NCBI GenBank assembly: GCA_001929475.1
Contig: LXFE01000257.1
Span: 1 to 64,000, forward strand
Direction: 5' to 3'
Length of the DNA: 64,000 nucleotides
Source of the DNA: Neolecta irregularis DAH-3
Lineage: Eukaryota
Positions 51,438-63,516 of the stretch are shown in pieces. Within the stretch, counting starts at the first letter, position 1; the number at the start of each line of letters is the position of its first letter. The notes beneath the pieces were generated by a model. It was not told the DNA's origin. It made no database searches and saw only the letters and a program-made list of their open reading frames with translations. Position numbers and translations under genes: made by a program.

Positions 51438-52663
51438 ATGCCGCCGTTCCACATTTCGATTGTGAATTGTCGGTCGGATCTTGGAAAACACCTCCGCGAA
51501 GGAGCTGTGGATCCGGAGGATCGATTATGCTATGCTTGTAATCACGAATTACCTTTATCTTACATTTCCTTGATCGACATTTATCTCAAGAGTTGTACTG
51601 TCCATGAACCAGCTGGAAATTCAATTCGACTTCCGACACCTCAGAGTCCATTGGTACAAGACTTTATTTCGCAAAATGCGCCTTCGTTGTCTACAGTACT
51701 ATCCACTACACACCTTAAAGACTCTCTGACCGTCGGAATCGATAAATGCGATCGAAAAGGAGAGATAGTTTCGATACCATCACATGTTCAATGTTCTTTT
51801 ACCACAGAACAAGACTCTTCAACAAATACGAATTTGATAGATGTACCTTTTAGCATCAGATACCTCACTTTCCATGACCGACCAACAGATAACCACAAAT
51901 ACATTAAAGTCACTATCGATCATCATGGATTTTCAGAGTCAGGTTACGTTAGAATTAAACCTACCGCAACGGATTTCTATTCATTTGGCGTATTCGACTT
52001 GTCTAGTATAAATTTCGGAACAGTCCTTCCAAATGAAAATAAAATCCCAGTCAACAAGTACGATCGATATTGTATCAGCAAAGCCCTTGGAACTACCATC
52101 ACTTTTGATTCTCTCGCTATTTCACCGATCCGAGCGTGTCCTTTAAATCCTTCCAAATACCAATATGTTGTTATTAAATATGGTGTATTCCCCGATTTAC
52201 CCTCTGCGCCGGGGAAATGCGGTCTTGTCCTTGATTTAATGAGCAATTTTCCTTCATATCCTCTTCGGGTATTTACAAGTCGGACCGGAACGTTATGGCG
52301 TTATCTCGGTATATACACACCCCTTTCTGGTATACGTCTAGTGTTGATTGAATAGGAGACTATCTGTTTAATATATATGGAGAACTCGATCCTTGTACGT
52401 CTTGGGAAATTTTACCTGAAGTGGAACGCGAGCATTGGATTAAATTCTTTATATCGGGAAATAGAAAACTTAAATTAAGTCGTTTGATCGAGATGGGATT
52501 CACGAGAAGAGAATCTCTTTCCTGTACCCCGGAAGTTGTAAGGACAGCTTTTGTAGAAGGTCGTTTAAGACTACGGTTGGTTTTGGTGAAATTTGTCATT
52601 TACGATCAAGAGTTTACGGAACGGATGGATCGTTTTGTTGTTACGCTAAGAGATGCTACATGA
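51438..52663 (+). CDS. Uncharacterised fungal protein, C-terminal DUF6697-like domain, 2 exons
   Basis: Long ORF with PDLPSAPGKCGL, LRVF and WRYLG|DY after removing a ~47-nt intron. Domain assignment from memory. Confidence 0.6.
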
Positions 52664-53729
52664 ATATTCTTTTATCTGCCACGGAATCTTGGAGATAATT
52701 TAGCGGATCATTGGAAGTTGAGAATGTAACGGCATTTTACTTATCTTTAGCATATTAAAGCATATATATCAAGCAGACTTGGTTTTATCATGTAGCATCA
52801 CTAGATAACTATGCTTATACAGCACTTGCTAGCTTATATGATGCGAGAGTAACAAACGTTTGGGGACACTTGATAGCCTAAGTGAACCAGTCTTTGTTCA
52901 GGGAGTGCAATACAAGATGAACGTAGTGGTACAAAAGTTACATAGTTGTAGAAATCTCCAAGCTGGGATTCTGTCTGCCTTTTGATGATGCCGAGAAAAG
53001 AAACGGGGGTGGGTTATATTCCTCTATCTGGAAAGTGGAAAAGTATTATATGACAGAACAGGCTTTCCTCCACGTCGGCAGGGAGTTAAAATAAGAAACA
53101 GGAAATCATCTACCCCCGAAAGCTACCTAGTAACTCCTCAGGCCCACGCATACTCCTAATGGTCGAGGATACTCCAGGGTAAACGACTGCCATAGGACGA
53201 GGCTCTCCTTTTTCCGATTTGGTGATTAATTCAGGGACTGTAAGGAGCATGGATCCTGTAATTTGTGCGATAAACTTTGGTTGAATGTCCCAGGTTGCAG
53301 TTCGATAATGCTGTGGGATGGTGACAGTGGCAACCCCGTGGATCGCATTACTGTGAGTAACGTTGTGCCCGACAAAATAGAACACATGATAGTTTTGTAA
53401 TGAAAACATTTGCTTAGTACCCAAAGTAACACGATACCCCATATCCGGATAATGAAACAATACGGCACAGTGAAAAGACAGTTGTGAAAGTGATAACATA
53501 TTCTCAAATGCGAACTGGTAGACGATTGCTTGGCACAGATTTTTTTTCGCGCAGGAAGTTTGAAAAGCTGTTAATCGAGTCCGTCAAATTTAAGTGACTG
53601 ACAAAAAGTGAAAAAGGTCAATCAATTGCTTGACGAAAATCGTAAAGTTGGTGTATGATGTAGAATTTTGGCTTTGACCACTAAATGAGAATATATCCGC
53701 ATCGCTTGGACAACGATCCTTGAGAACTA

Positions 53730-54182
53730 ATGAACGACGAAATCAACAAACTCGATGCATCGCTGAAAGGCTTAATTTTACAAATTGCGCAGATTTACCG
53801 GGCACGAGACAAATCTGAAAAGATGTAAAACATGGGATACTATTACTATTTACTCTCCTAGAAATGTTCCCACGTCCGCGTTTGGTCTGCCCGACACATT
53901 ACAAAAGGAATTGGAAAATAGGCTGGGAGAGTTTCACCAGGCGTGTGATGATATTGAGATACGATTGGTATGAATTGAAGTAGCCTCAAGAGGCTGATTA
54001 TTCAGAAGAGAGCAAGAGATACTATCTTGAATGAGATGAATGGTCCTGCAAGTCATTCAACACCGGTTGCAGTAAATGAAACGCCTGGAAAGAATGTGTT
54101 GGATTCCGGCGCAGCTGATAGTGATGTGAAAATGGAAGATTTGTTTGGAGATGAGACTTTGCAATTCGAGACGGGCGACTAG
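53730..54182 (+). CDS. Probable Mediator tail subunit Med29/Med2-like, 3 exons
   Basis: Helical LDASLKGLILQIAQIY and ELENRLGEFHQACDDIEIRL|KRARD, resembling the Med29 EEFYALCDQLE helix. Introns 53825-53861 and ~53968-54005. Confidence 0.55.
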
Positions 54183-54330
54183 TGTTCGCATTGCCAAGTA
54201 CACAAATAATTTAAACAAGATTCCTGCATCACCCATTTCCAATATAAAAGCATGCGGAAAAGACAAATGTAAGAGAATGAAGACGCTTCTGTACAATATG
54301 ACAACATATGTATTTACCGTCCCAACCAAC

Positions 54331-55510
54331 CTAGGAGATAGCAGCAGTACTCGATGCTCGAGTCCCGTCATCGACAGGGAGCGGAAGACCAGCTTCACCT
54401 AATGTGCTAGACTCTGCGGGTGCGTGATGGAGACTTGGGTCTGGTTCTTTGTTGAGGTGAATGACCATACAGGTAAGATTATCAGTAGTGAACTGTTCAA
54501 GAGCATAAGCAACGAGCTTCTCGCTTGCGACAACCGGGTCTTTGATATCCCGGATGAGGTCGATTGCTTGTTGATCTGTGCATACATCCCATAACTATAT
54601 ATGAGACAAGACAAAAATGTTAGACTCACCCCATCGCATGCTAGGACGAGAATATTGTCGTCTTGGTCCAAAACGGTTTCGGTGGTAAATGGTCTGCTGG
54701 TGATGAGGTCTTTCATATACGCATCTCCAAGAGCTCGAGTTACAGCCAAGACACCTGCTCGTCAGTAAACGTATTATATAAAAAGCCTCCCATTAACACG
54801 ATTATTGAGAATTAACCCTCCAGACTCCGCGATTCTCTTCATTTCGTTTTCGTCACTTCCTTTATGATCATAACTCAGTCGAGTAGCCTGTCCTCCACGA
54901 CTTTCATCAATTCTAAACTCTTCGATAGCAGATACCTTAACACAGCCCGTGCATCCCCAACATTGGCTGTATATAGCATCCGGGATTTTGAGCCGTCCCG
55001 TTGTTCCCATCTAACAAGAGCAGTGACTGCAGTACATCCACAATGTTTCTGAGGGATGCTCTCCAAAGCCTTGTCTGTATGATTGAATGCGGCATCGAAG
55101 AGATCAGTGATGGATGCCTCAGGGTTCTTCTGGATGAACTCCTTGAAGAGAATATGGAACTTTTGACCACACCAATCCGCAGCTTCTCGGCCAGCATGTC
55201 CATCAAATATGCCAAAGAAACCCTGATCATCCACGCCAGCATAGTCATATTGATATATATGTGTATCCTCCATCGTCCTTCGGCATTTCTTGTTGGTGTC
55301 CTCTGAGACACCAACGCGAAAGGTAGTGGTAGGACCGGGAAAGCTAAGTTTCAATTTTGGCTTCGAAGACCGTCTCGGAGCTGGGGAGTCTTCCCGGGGC
55401 TTTGCGTCGGGTGATGAGCTGAATGGATTCATTCGAGATATTGCTGCAGAAAGAGAAGAACGGCGGCGAGAGAGCGATTTTTGGACATCGGAAGTGGAGG
55501 CTGAAGCCAT
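54331..55510 (-). CDS. PTC1: Type 2C protein phosphatase Ptc1, 4 exons
   Basis: [56 protein letters not shown]. Intron 54755-54790 has a GG donor. Confidence 0.93.
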
Positions 55511-56784
55511 GAATAAGAATTTGAGGTGGAGGCCGGATTCAGGGATTATTATGGTAGGACTCGATAGCTATGATTAACGGCAGGGAATAATATTTGAGAG
55601 TCATATACACAATGATGAATGTTTGAGGAGAAAAGGAAACAATTACGAACAATCAATCATGATATACGGATGATTTCTCAGGTGACAGAATTGGATGCAC
55701 TACTTACTTTGTTGTCGATAACACAAACACCTTGAATTAAGGCGAAATTCTGGGCCAGCCGAATGCAATCAAACCTGGATATAACAAATGTGGCTTGGCA
55801 GCGTTTCGTCATAAGGAGGATTCGTTGTATGGAGATAGCCGAATAGAAAATAAACAAGATCCAAGCAAATCCAAACCGAATGAATCAGAGAGAAAAATAA
55901 CTTGATTCTACCATCTATATCATGATGATGATGTATATGATTTATATGCCATTTTTGACCACATCTACGTAGAGAAAGTCCAACATCATGTCTTCTATTA
56001 CAACATAACATAACCAGATGTTATCCGTTGAATTCACTTCAGAATCTTTTGCTTGGATTCAAAAAGGGCTACTCCTGGGGCCAGGCCGGGGCGGGCCTCA
56101 GGCAGTGTTGCGGATGGGCCGTGCCACTGGCTTGGCGCCGGTGCTGTCTGATCGTGGGGCCTGATTACATCCCCACAAGCCCACTCATTTGTCAAGTATT
56201 ATGGCAAACAAACACTTGCTGCCCTGAATACGCTTGCTCGTCAAAAAGCTGACGTAGCAGTCCAATCAAAGATGGTAAATGGTGAGCAACCGACGGTCAA
56301 GCTTTATGAATTGTTTTCTGTCTTTCCTCTGATCAGCTTTTTTCTGCACGAAATAAGGCTCTTGTCGTTGTTATCCTATAGCAATGGACCTGGCCTCATT
56401 CTTTCAAGATAGCCAGAATGCAATCTCTAATTTTCTCCTCCATTTTGAACAAAAGCAAGCCTGCTTCCCTCTCGAATTTTCACCTGCCCTTGCCCAAAAT
56501 TTAAAGTCAGCTCAAAAGATATACTGAAATTGCAACCCACGCTGTTTCAGGTCTTGCTTACCCTATCATCCCCAACTGTAGCCTTCTATTTCTCTGTAAC
56601 AAAACACATGTTTGCCAATGATGGATACATTAAGAATTCTATACCATATTAGTCAGATAGTCCACCTCCACTCCCTTTCTAATTGAAAAACGCCCCCAGA
56701 GGATACCTAGTGATTTTCCTGGTAGATATGAGTTGATTCCATGATATCCAATCAATGGGAGTAGGCGGCGCCATTATTCTTGTC

Positions 56785-57558
56785 ATGACTTCCACCCCTC
56801 TAGTCACTCCACAATCTGCGAGATTCTCCATCCCTCAATCGTCTATCGCGTCTTCTGTGCGTGCCTCTCTGTTAAAGCGATCTTCTATCTATGACAAGAA
56901 CCTAAATCGTACCAAGGGAGCTGAAACCAGCTTGTCTGCCTTTTTCTTCCTCTTCTCGGAGCTTATTCAGAATGTCCAACGCCAGGTCCAGGCAATCCCT
57001 GATCTCGAGAGAAAGTAAAACAATGCCTCGCTCTGCGCATGAATTCTGATTAGGCGAGGTTGAACGAGCACGGCTATCGTGTGGGTCAACGTTCTCTCGA
57101 ACTGATTATCTGGAGAGATCGGAATTCAAAGAGGGAAACACGGATTTTGTCACTTCTGCAATTCATACATACCTTTATTTGGAAAAGTCTGTTTGCCAAG
57201 ACTGCAGATGATTTAGAGAGAAGCACGGAGAACGATGACGAATGCATGACAGTATATTATGTATTCGAGTTAATAAGTGCAGATATGATCTATGATAATG
57301 ATCCCTTGGTCAATCGTTTCATCTCGGTGCCCAAAGAAATGTCGAGTCTCAATTGCGGTGCCTTTGTGGCGGGAATCATAGAAGCCGTATTGGACGGTTC
57401 TCAGTTTGTATATACCGTAATCGAATAAGAGAGATGCTGACTTGTAGCCCTCAAGAGTAACGGCCCATTCGTCCCCAACCGAAGCATTCCCGCAACGAAC
57501 AGTGTTCCTGATAAAACTGGATAAATCGGTGTTAGAACGCGAACAGTTCCTCAAATAA
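56785..57558 (+). CDS. TRS31: TRAPP complex subunit Trs31/TRAPPC5, 4 exons
   Basis: [45 protein letters not shown]. Introns 57015-57058 (GAG acceptor) and 57244-57282 (GC-AG). Confidence 0.93.
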
Positions 57559-57595
57559 AACGCCCATTTACATCCTATATCCCTTTTCCCAATGG

Positions 57596-58733
57596 CTAAC
57601 TCCTCCTTCGCTTAGACCCTCGGTCGTCCTTCATTCCACCCATTTTATTCAATGTACGTTTATTGATTGATGAATTTCTATCAAACCACGCACTATCTCG
57701 TTCTGTGGTATCTTGGTCGACCAAATGTGTATACCGCGTTTGACCAGCCTTGCCGAGTTTTGACAAGTCTTTCAACTGCATTGGCTTGGGAAGATTTTCT
57801 TTGTGCAGGGCGTCGTCTTGGACGGTTTCGAGATAGTTCCTGTTGAGAATTTCGTCGTCCTGGATATGGTTTAATATGAATATCATTTATGGGAAATATG
57901 TAAAATACCTGGTAAAACGCTCCTTTGTGCCAATATTTCTGCATGAACCGCATTTTCTCTTTTGGTTTCTCTTTTTGGGCGTCTACCCATTGCATATCCT
58001 CTGCCAATCTTTCCTCCTCGGTGAGATTTTTTCTTCGTTCGGCTTCTTCGATATCTTTCTCGCGTTGGATGAAAAAGTCTTTTTCTCGTTTAATTCGTTG
58101 TAGTTCGCGGAGCTTCCAGGTTGCTCGTTCGGCGGCGGGATCCAGATCATCAGTGTCAAGGATATCCCCGCCTTCGTCATCGCTTGATTCTTCGACCTCG
58201 CGCTTCAACTGTTGATCGATTAGGAGATGGGTATCTTCCTTATTGTTTGAAGAGACGATGGCATGGGAGTTTACATCCACTACAGTGTTTCTTTTGGGTC
58301 TGCTCTAATAAGCGAATAACGGCAAAGGGAGAGACTTGGGTATAAAGGTCGGTTTTAATAAAACCCTAGGTTTCTCCTCTTCACTTTCACTTTCTTCTTC
58401 CTCGGAAGATTCTGCCGTTGTATAGTCATCACTGTGATCTAACGGTGCAGCAGCTATCCTCTGGGATTCCTCGATCCTCGCACGTTCCTCCTCTGCCTGT
58501 TTACTTTGTTGAAACCTCTCATTTAGATCGACGTTCTTCAAGGCAATTGTAGGAGCGGATATTGAAGGTGCAGAGGGTCGTTGGTCTGTTTCTTGCTGCT
58601 CGTCGGCTTGAGAGTCTTCATCTTCAGGGGAACTCTCTCTTTCTGGAGCAGGGGCAACCCCTGGGCGGTAGCGAGGCGCCTTTACGACTTTTGTGAGCTT
58701 GCGATTGGCGCCTTTGTCTGCTGGTTTTCCCAT
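57596..58733 (-). CDS. MFAP1: Spliceosomal B-complex protein MFAP1/Spp381-like, 3 exons
   Basis: RYRPG, LKPTFIPK, WKLRELQRIKR, FMQKYWHKGAFYQ, GKAGQTRYTHLVDQDT. Confidence 0.9.
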
Positions 58734-58996
58734 TTTGATGGGGTAGCGTTGACGAGGGGGGCACAGGAGAAGCAAAGATGGAGGGATATTGGAGGTAGAT
58801 ATTTCTATACAACTATTCGCATGGGTACAGTTCAGAGAGAAGAATACAAAGGGTATCGTCTATCTGTGAATACTATGTGAGGGCGGCGATGACAGCAGCT
58901 GATCCAAACAGGGGCAACGTTTTGTTTTTAAAGTCCGCTGGACCCTAATTAACGGCAGTTGGGGCGCATATTTGTTTTTCCTGCCGGGGCGAGCGG

Positions 58997-59004
58997 GTAT
59001 AAAA
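58997..59004 (+). promoter_or_regulatory. TATA box of the U5 snRNA gene
   Basis: gtataaaa about 35 bp upstream of the predicted U5 5' end. Confidence 0.6.
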
Positions 59005-59033
59005 ATGGCAGGCATGGCCAGTCATGAAGCCCT

Positions 59034-59150
59034 ACCCTTCCGCACGAGGGGACGTCGAACGTATCTCCTTCTTGCCTTTTACCAGATGGAGCCGGGCGTC
59101 CGCTTGGCTAATGCGGATATGCAGTTTTTGGAATCCCTCTCTGAGGGTAA
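59034..59150 (+). ncRNA. U5: U5 spliceosomal snRNA
   Basis: Invariant loop I GCCTTTTAC (59074-59082) in ctccttctt...cagatggag stem followed by CCG. Outer stems tccgca/tgcgga and ggacgtc/ggcgtcc. Sm site AGTTTTTGG (59123-59131). 3' hairpin ccctc-tct-gaggg. Ends are approximate. Confidence 0.92.
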
Positions 59151-59335
59151 TCTTTTTGTCTCTTTTCGGGGTAGAACTCGAACAGAACCAGGGAGATAGT
59201 AGTAGTGTTTGTAGTGATCCTGTCTGTAGAATGCTGTAGTGGTGATAAATCTGCTGCCCTATTTATCTGCTGTCCATTTAATATAGGCATGCCAAGTCTG
59301 AGTTGTGGTATCTGTCACCTCCCCAAAAGATAGCA

Positions 59336-60376
59336 ATGGACAAGAAAGACTTCATCGGCTTCGGTGCTACTCTTTCTCTCCGCGACGGGGCTCAAGTCAA
59401 GGGCAAGATCCGCGATGTCGACCCGGCCTCTCAGACGCTTTATCTGGACGATGGTAGCTCTACCTGTCGTTGTTCCATCCTGATCCCCAGTAAACATCCA
59501 CTATGTCGGCCCCTACAAATTCAGAGGCAGTGATATCCTCGACTTGTCCATGTTCCATATCGAGACTCCCCGCTCGCTCGTCTGCTCCCCTTACCAAATG
59601 CACTAAACACTTATTCTCGCAGGACTCGCCGACCCCTACTCGACCAACCCTTACTGTATCTGTCTGCCGCACTGCCATGCTCAACCCATAGAACACTGCG
59701 AATCCGTCAAAATCTCCAGATCAGCAGTTTTCCAAAACCAACCTCGAGTCTACCCAATTCCGTCCTCGAACCGCTCCTCAACAACAAAGAAAAAAGACTG
59801 GCGCCAGAAAAACCCCCCGTAAGGCTCAGATTCCCTCAGACTCGGAACAATGGGCCCATGATGATGTCGAAAACATCCTCAAAGCTCCAGATTTCGACTT
59901 TGAAAGTAACTTGGAATTGTTTGACAAACAAAAAGTATTCAATGATATTAGGGTGCCTGAATCCCACAAACATTGCACTTTATTAACAATCTCAGGAATT
60001 CGATGATACCGATCCACAATTACGACTAGTAGCCACCAACAAACGTCCTAAAAACTTATCTAACAGAGAAAATGTCATCCAAGACTTTACACACACTCGT
60101 TACCGTTTACAATCCAGTAAAGTCATCCCACAGTCAGAAAATCCTCAAAAAGTCGCTGAAACACCCCGGAGAAGTAATTCAATGTCAAGTATTACGGACA
60201 ACCTCGGGCTCCAGTTGACCGTCTCACCTCGCCCTCGACGCCGAGATATACCTCGCAGAAAGAGACGCGAGGATGATGATGCCGGGCCTGGGTGTCCTGA
60301 TGAGGAATTCGATTTCCAGGCAGCTTCTGAACGCTTTGATAAAAAACGGATTTTTGAAGACATTGCTCGGGGATAA
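59336..60376 (+). CDS. EDC3: Edc3-like decapping enhancer (Lsm + two FDF motifs, no YjeF_N), ~5 exons
   Basis: N-terminal Lsm (FIGFGATLSLRDG..VKGKI..GSDILDL), DFDFESNLELFDKQKVF..DPQLRLVATN, and second EFDFQAASERFDKKRIF at the C-terminus. Confidence 0.75.
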
Positions 60377-60633
60377 ACTAATAAACTATCACACCCAAGA
60401 TCTTGGACTCTTCTCTTTCCATAGGTGATTTATATGCTACTGTAGGACTTTTTCATCTCAATTTATTTCTTATACAAGTGCTATAGTAGTTACACATTCC
60501 CGAGCACATATCTTTCCGTGAACTGAAAACCAAACCGTGACTTGCAGGCTTGAAGTTGGAAACTACCAGTACCCGTTATCACTCTCTAATCTGCGCATTC
60601 CTGTCATCTATCCAATGCGCCAAGGTCATTGAG

Positions 60634-62753
60634 CTACCGAAACTGAAGTTTCCGCTGGCTTTTAGCTTCAGATGGGCTTGATTTCCTTTTACTCAACTTG
60701 ACAACCTGTCTTACTGAAGGGAGAGGCCGATCATCCTTAGATAAGCCTTTCGCGAAATGCCAATCGTCGTGTTCTTCGCGTTCAACAAATGGTATCAACT
60801 TCCCGTTGCATTTGTCGCACCGAAAACAGAACTCTTCGTCATGAAGAGTGGTGTAAGAACTAAGAGGTGATGCGAAACCTTTTGGTGATGCATATCCAGC
60901 TTCAGGGGAATAGTCTTTAGAGTTCTCAGTGTCGCTTGATCCGGCGTTATTTAATCCCTTTGATTTCTGTACGCCATCATGTTTCGTCTCTGATGATTCG
61001 AAAAATCTCTGAATTCCTCCTGTCTTAGTCTTTTTGAGCCCAGGTAGATGAAAAGATTCAGCTGTGCGTTTCGCCAGTTTGGCTTCTTCGCCTTTTAATA
61101 AAAAGGCCTAAGTATCATTAAACAACACCGCCGCGACAATTCTTACGGAAATGCCTCTCACTCCATCTTCAGCGCCTTCAAACCCGGTGAGACCAACGCT
61201 CAACATCGTACAAGGGTAACAACCATTTTCACTTTCAAGAGATTTCATTAGACTGACCGCCAGATAACTCGTATAGTCAGCCGTCAATTCCTTCCCAATC
61301 GGAATTGGTGCTTGACGTGATTTGTTGGCTCTATTAATACCCCGCTAGCAATAAGTATGGCCATGGGGAAGGAATATACATGATGAAGAGTAATAGTCTT
61401 AGGGCGCCTGGATAAGGGATCTTCGAGCAGTCTCGATGCAAGGTCAGCGGTCAATATGCGCATCCAGCGTTCCTGCTTTTAAGTTTTCATTCAAACGGGA
61501 TATTACCGCCTGCTCAATGTTGCCGATATTTGGTCGAAAATTCTTGGCGCTCATCATTGACTTGATCTGTGTTCGCGGGTTGACTAGCTGTCAATTACGC
61601 ATGAGTCCATGACGAACCTTCGGAATAATCAATGCCTCTTGAAATGGAATAAACCCAGGGCCCAGTTTCTAGGCCGAGTTTTCCTCGCAGTTCGTCAACG
61701 GAAAACCTCCTTTCACTGAGTCGGGGTCCGACACCAATACATGTACCAAAGCTCTCGACATAATTCGGTATTCAAAGATTCAGACACTTGCTCCCCCAGT
61801 TTCCCGCCCAAGTTACGAATTTTGGTGAACTTTAAATCAGCCAAAAATCCCATAACTGCTCGATCGCGGATAATGGTCTGCAATTAGCCCGATAATTGCG
61901 AGCGTGCTACCTGTTGATTCGGTTTCCGATAGGCAGAGCAAAGTTTAGCCAGCATTTTGTTCTTCGCAACGCCTGCTGAACAGGTATATTTAAGCTCTTT
62001 GAGAACGTGCAAACGTATATCTCTAACGATTTCGGCGCCAATCTGCAGACAGATATCATCCCAATCAGGAGGACCTTCCTCTGACTCCTCTTGTGACAGA
62101 GGAATTAGAGTGCCATGATCATCGATCCAATTACATGCAAGAGGAAGAGGAAGGTTGCAGGAGGCGTCGCCGTCGGGAGGAAAGGCTAGATAGGGGTACC
62201 TGTCTAGTAATTTTTCCCTAACAAGAGTAGAGAGATCAAGAAAAGATTCTGGGGTGATCAACTCATGTTCAGCGGCTGGAGTATGTACCGTCTACAGAAG
62301 CCTTCTCTGAAAGTGAGATATTGTATTAGCGGAGATGCAGTACCAACAGTATCGCAGTGCTGTCGGAAAATCTCGAGAATCTTCCTTCCCTCTCGGCGAT
62401 AAGGATCCAGAGAGACTACGCATGAGAAAGAGCACGAACCCCAAGGCACCTTTGTGGGTGGCCATATCGGGATTCAGATGATAGTGAGGCTTAACCTGGT
62501 CCTCCTTCCAAGTTTGGACATGCTGAAGAACCAGATGAGGACATTTCAGTAGCGCAGACTCGATGGTCTCATGGCGTGTCAACCCAAAAGCTCGGGCTGG
62601 GTAGTTGACCGCAATTATGCTGCGCCATTGCTGTACTGCCAATGGGGTATCAGGGGATAGCTGCAGGCGAACAAGCTCGACTTGTGAGTAAAAAGCGTCA
62701 AGATCGATATGGGCAATCACGCGCAGTGGCGAATCTCGGGCAGGTGCACGCAT
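60634..62753 (-). CDS. RAD30: Y-family DNA polymerase eta, 10 exons
   Basis: HIDLDAFYSQVE, IAVNYPAR, KVSLDPYR, EKASVD|ESFLD, CSAGVAKNKMLAKL, UBZ (CDKC..EHDDWHFA), PIP-like QRKLQF*. Confidence 0.93.
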
Positions 62754-62989
62754 AGCGGCTGGCGCTAGATGGCGGAACGAAAAACGCGACGTCGCTGTTG
62801 CTGCCCAGCTGGATGGTGGTAAAGACATCGCTGGAGAGGTGTTTGCGACTTGGAGTGATAGGGCATCTATAGTACCTATTAATGCACAGTGAATGCTTCA
62901 CAGTAGACGCGATGAATGCGCACTAAACAATGACAGCAGAACACAGGTATGTTCAGGTAGGTGAGGCCTTGATGAGAATCCTGAGACTG

Positions 62990-63260
62990 GCACCGGTCTA
63001 GTATTGTTTAAATGTGATGGGTTGTAATGGGATAGTGTAGCAGAAGGGATGGACTGATAGTGTGTATATGCAATATGTAGTTGGATTGGCGGATGGTAGT
63101 GGGGATAGGGTCGTGATTCTTGATGGGACAGTCTATGGGATAGAGTAGGGTAGGGTTGTAGGATAAGATACGATGAACAGGATGGTGGATGGTGGATGGT
63201 AAATGAAATAGAATTGTGGTGGTAGATGGTAAATGAGATAGGATGTGGTGGTAGTTGGGG
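62990..63260. repeat. G/purine-rich low-complexity tract with a ~30-nt tandem duplication
   Basis: gatggtaaatga(a/g)atag..tgtggtggta at 63195-63224 and 63225-63254; gatggtg repeats. Confidence 0.7.
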
Positions 63261-63516
63261 ATGAGGTCGTTTGCAGGGGACCATGCAGAAGCTGCATGTA
63301 TGCGCGTGTTGCTGCCCGCGCCCCACTCCACCACCTTTGTCGTTCCTTGCACTGCCCTTCCATTGTCCTTGTCTGCTATCGCTCCCCTCCCCTCCCCTCC
63401 CTTTCCTGCCTGTCTGATTTCTTCCCTCTGACACTCCATCCATTTTCTCTTGCTCTTCCCGGACAACCTTCCTTCGGAGTCTTATCATCAGGCCTCGTCG
63501 ACTCCCATCACCCTCC

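Noticed and set aside
52329-52354. Putative 26-nt intron
   Set aside because: An upstream GT gives a ~47-nt intron and the better motif WRYLGDY.
53025-53070. acagaacaggcttt resembling RNase P/MRP CR-V
   Set aside because: No matching CR-I/P4 partner or terminal helix found at a suitable distance.
53770-53808. Possible GC donor (GCTTAA) in the Med29-like gene
   Set aside because: The frame reads through as a plausible helix, and a normal GT-AG intron at 53825-53861 explains the shift.
56240-56530. CRE/CCAAT-like motifs and a 47-codon ORF upstream of TRS31
   Set aside because: Short motifs and a small ORF are expected by chance; no supporting homology.
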